This document shows positions 29,157 to 32,000 of a stretch of 32,000 bases of DNA, one piece after another (the stretch's first letter is position 1; each line of letters begins with the position of its first letter). Both the position numbers and the translations under genes were made by a program. The stretch is from Prevotella phage Lak-A1, in the sequence record MK250016.1; one strand, 5' to 3'. The notes under the pieces were generated by a model that was not told where the DNA came from, did not search any database, and was given only the letters and a program-made list of their open reading frames with translations.

Positions 29157-29740
29157 TTATAGTTAAAGATATACGTTTATAAAAAATAGTAGTATAACTG
29201 AATCTATAGGCTAAACCAATATGTTTTTATAAACATTCCCTTTATTAGATAAGTAGCAAATATATTAATAATGAGAATATAGCTATGAATGTATATATGT
29301 TTACAATTATAAATAGAATAATTTAGATATAATATAGTAAAAATTATAAATAAAGTAACATATATATTTCTAATAATTTTTATGAATCTAATAAAAACAT
29401 GAATTAGATACTATTTATTAGTTACTTCAGTTTATTATGAAGGTATTATTGAAACTTTAATTTAATAGTACGATGATATTATACCCTCGAAAGTTAATTT
29501 GAAGATTGTGAAATAATATATTGGAATTGAAAATGATAAGAATATTATTTATAAAGAATATTACATTGTAATATTTAATATCGATATTATAATTTGAAAA
29601 TGATACGAAAATATATTATGGATCAGTTGGATGATTAATGAGTACAGAATGTCCCTGTATTGTGGGAGGTTATTTTAAAGTGGAGATTTTATTGGAATTT
29701 TAAATTTTGAATAATTATTAAAAACATACTATTAATTTTT
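29157..29740 (+). ncRNA. Candidate long non-coding RNA or extended leader (unidentified)
   Basis: About 0.58 kb without a substantial ORF even with TAG as sense; contains hairpin AATATTAC-ATT-GTAATATT (29557-29575); ends exactly at a strong terminator. Confidence 0.35.
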
Positions 29741-29776
29741 AAAGGATATAACCCTAAAGGTTATATCCTTTTTTAT
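29741..29776 (+). terminator. Intrinsic terminator
   Basis: 13-bp stem AAAGGATATAACC (29741-29753), loop CTAAA, GGTTATATCCTTT (29759-29771), then TTTT. Confidence 0.88.
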
Positions 29777-29845
29777 TTAAAAATAAGTTAAACAATTAAC
29801 ATATATTTGAGTATAATAATTAAACAAAAATTGATTTTTTTAAAT

Positions 29846-31885
29846 ATGCAAAAAGGTAATATTGGAGTTACTAGTTAGGATATTTTTCCATTAATCAAGA
29901 AATTTATGTATAATGATCAGGATATTTTTATCCGTGAGATCGTAAGTAATGCAGTTGACGCATCAGAGAAGTTAATTAAAGTTATTAGTGCAAATGAGTA
30001 TACAGCAAATCCAGATGATTTAAAAGTTACAGTTACTATTAATCATGAAGATAATACTATTACTGTTTCTGATATGGGTATTGGTATGACTGCTGATGAA
30101 ATAGAAAAGTACATTAATCAGATTGCATTTTCAGGAGCAAATGACTTCTTAGAGAAATATAAGGATACACAGATTATTGGTCATTTTGGACTTGGATTTT
30201 ATTCAAGCTTTATGGTAAGTTCAAAAGTTGAAATTGTATCAAAGTCATATAAAGAGAATTCAAAAGCATGTAGATGGACATGTGAAGGAACTACAGAGTT
30301 TACACTTAAGGATGATGATAAAGAATCTGTAGGTACCGATGTAATTATGCATATTTCTGATGAATATAAGGAGTATGTAAATGAAAGTAAACTTATGGAA
30401 CTTTTAAAGAAGTACGCAGAATATTTACCTATTCAAATTTATCTTAAAGATGTTCCTGCACCAACTACTGATTCATCTACCGGTGAAGTTACATATCCAG
30501 AATCACATGAAACAAAAATTACACGAGATGAACCATTGTGGTTAAAATCTGCATCAGAACTTAAAGATGAAGATTATATTAAGTTCTATAAGGAAACATT
30601 CCCTAATAGACCTGAACCACTTTTCTGGATTCATATTAATATTGATACACCGTTTACATTTAAGGGAATTCTTTATTTCCCTGCATTTGATCAGAAACAT
30701 CCTATTTTTGAGCGTAAGCATCTTAATTTGTATTGTAATCGTGTATTTGTGACAGATGATGTAGATGGAGTATTACCAGATTATTTGAGTCTTCTTCATG
30801 GTGTAATTGACTCTCCTGATATTCCATTGAATGTTTCTCGTTCAGTTCTTCAAAATGATGCTAATGTTAAGAAGATTAGTTCACATATTACAAATAAGGT
30901 TATGAGTTCACTTCGTACACTTATGAAGAAAGATAGAGAAACATATGAGAAAAAGTGGGAAACAATTAAAACCTTCATTAATCTAGGCGTTGTAACAGAA
31001 CCTAATATTTTTGATAAAGCAAAGGATATTATTCTTCTTGTTGATACTGATAATAAGATGTATACTTTTGATGAATATTATGATAAAGTATCAGAAACAC
31101 AGAAAGATAAAGATGGTAAAATTGTATATTTGTATACATATGATACTGCTACACAATATACTTATATCGATGCTTTAAAGAAATACGGTTATAATATTCT
31201 GCTGTTTAATAGTCAATATGGAGCATTTGAAGTACATACATTTGAAATGAAATTACAAGAAAAGAATGTAACATTTAAACGTATTGATGCAGATGTACCA
31301 GAAAACCTTATTAAGAAAGAAGAAGATACAACAAAGAAAGAAAAACCTGTATCTGAGAATATCAAGAGTATGTTGGTATCTATGTTTGATTGTATTGAGC
31401 TAAATCTTCCTAAAATTACACATCAGTATATTGTTCAGCAAGATGGTAAAGATGCACTGCCTATTACTATTGTTGCAGATGAGTTCTTCCGTCGTATGAA
31501 GGAAATGTCAATGCTTAATAATGCTGGTATGTATTTGGAAAATAATGCATCTATTAAGATTATTATTAATGCAGATTCTAAAGTTGTAAAGAAGATTATT
31601 AAGATTGCAGAAAAAGAAATTGGTCAGCAAATTAATGATATTAATGAAAAAGTTAAAGATATTAATACAAGATTGGAAGCTGCTGATACAGATGATGCAA
31701 AGAATTCTATTAAAAAAGAACTTGATAACATTATTGCAGAGAAAAAGGAAATTATTAATAAACATGCACATGCAGATAGTCATATTCATGAATTAATTGA
31801 TATTGGTTTGTTACAGTATGGTTTATTATCAGGTGAAGATTTGGCAGCATTTGTTAAGAGATCTATAAAGATGATTGAAAAGTAA
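29846..31885 (+). CDS. htpG: HSP90-family chaperone HtpG; one in-frame TAG at codon 11
   Basis: MQKGNIGVTS[TAG]DIFPLIKKFMYNDQDIFIREIVSNAVDASEK..., DMGIGMTADEIEKYINQIAFSGANDFLEKY, GHFGLGFYSSFMVS, YCNRVFVTDDVDGVLPDYLSLLHGVIDSPDIPLNVSRSVLQ. ORF-track start 29906 is an internal Met. Confidence 0.96.
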
Positions 31886-31895
31886 TTCAATATAT

Positions 31896-31936
31896 AAAAG
31901 AGAGTATGTTTTGTAAATAACTACTCTCTTTTTACT
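31896..31936 (+). terminator. Intrinsic terminator
   Basis: AAAAGAGAGTA (31896-31906) / TACTCTCTTTT (31922-31932), then T tract. Confidence 0.8.
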
Positions 31937-32000
31937 TTTTACAAAAGTAGACAAATAATAAATATTAATATATAAGAAATATATTAACAAATTAAAATTA

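Noticed and set aside
29157-29740. tRNA cluster, group I/II intron, tmRNA or RNase P RNA in the non-coding region
   Set aside because: No cloverleaf, no intron P/Q/R/S or domain V core, and no tmRNA tag reading frame could be recognised by eye; left as unidentified.
3640-31885. In-frame TAGs as evidence of pseudogenes
   Set aside because: Frames continue with intact conserved motifs on both sides in many unrelated genes, no accompanying frameshifts or TAA/TGA; recoding is the simpler explanation.
1-32000. CRISPR array, retron, DGR or a classic defence system
   Set aside because: No regularly spaced direct repeats, no reverse transcriptase (YxDD) gene, no template/variable repeat pair and no recognisable defence operon seen.

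Overview
Strongly AT-rich, gene-dense window that reads as part of a large (probably jumbo or megaphage-class) bacteriophage genome with a reassigned TAG codon (genetic-code-15-like, TAG read as Gln). At least eleven genes are open only if in-frame TAG is read through, and no CDS I support ends on TAG. The most diagnostic case is HtpG/HSP90 (MQKGNIGVTS[TAG]DIFPLIKKF...). Main content: three tandem paralogous virion/fiber-like genes; an HD-domain protein; a minus-strand Zn-ribbon/Vsr-like homing endonuclease with at least 6 internal TAGs; a fractured family-B DNA polymerase. In that polymerase, motif C is interrupted by a split intein (...AGDTD/SQIGSTQF... and ...DILAHN/SIYVEFG...) with a free-standing recoded endonuclease gene between the halves, and the polymerase N-terminus is absent from the window. 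Further genes: thioredoxin-like, M13 (neprilysin-type) metallopeptidase, DUF3310-like, glycosyltransferase-like, possible sliding clamp, S1-domain protein, Thg1-like 3'-5' polymerase, DnaB/gp41-like helicase, DRB0094-type RNA ligase, CNNM/CorC-like protein, metallophosphoesterase, TelA-like protein and HSP90. Several long stem plus U-tract terminators punctuate the map, and a ~0.58 kb non-coding stretch sits upstream of HSP90. The phage type and a Bacteroidetes (e.g. Prevotella) host are inferences. All family calls come from motif recognition by eye; no database search was run.
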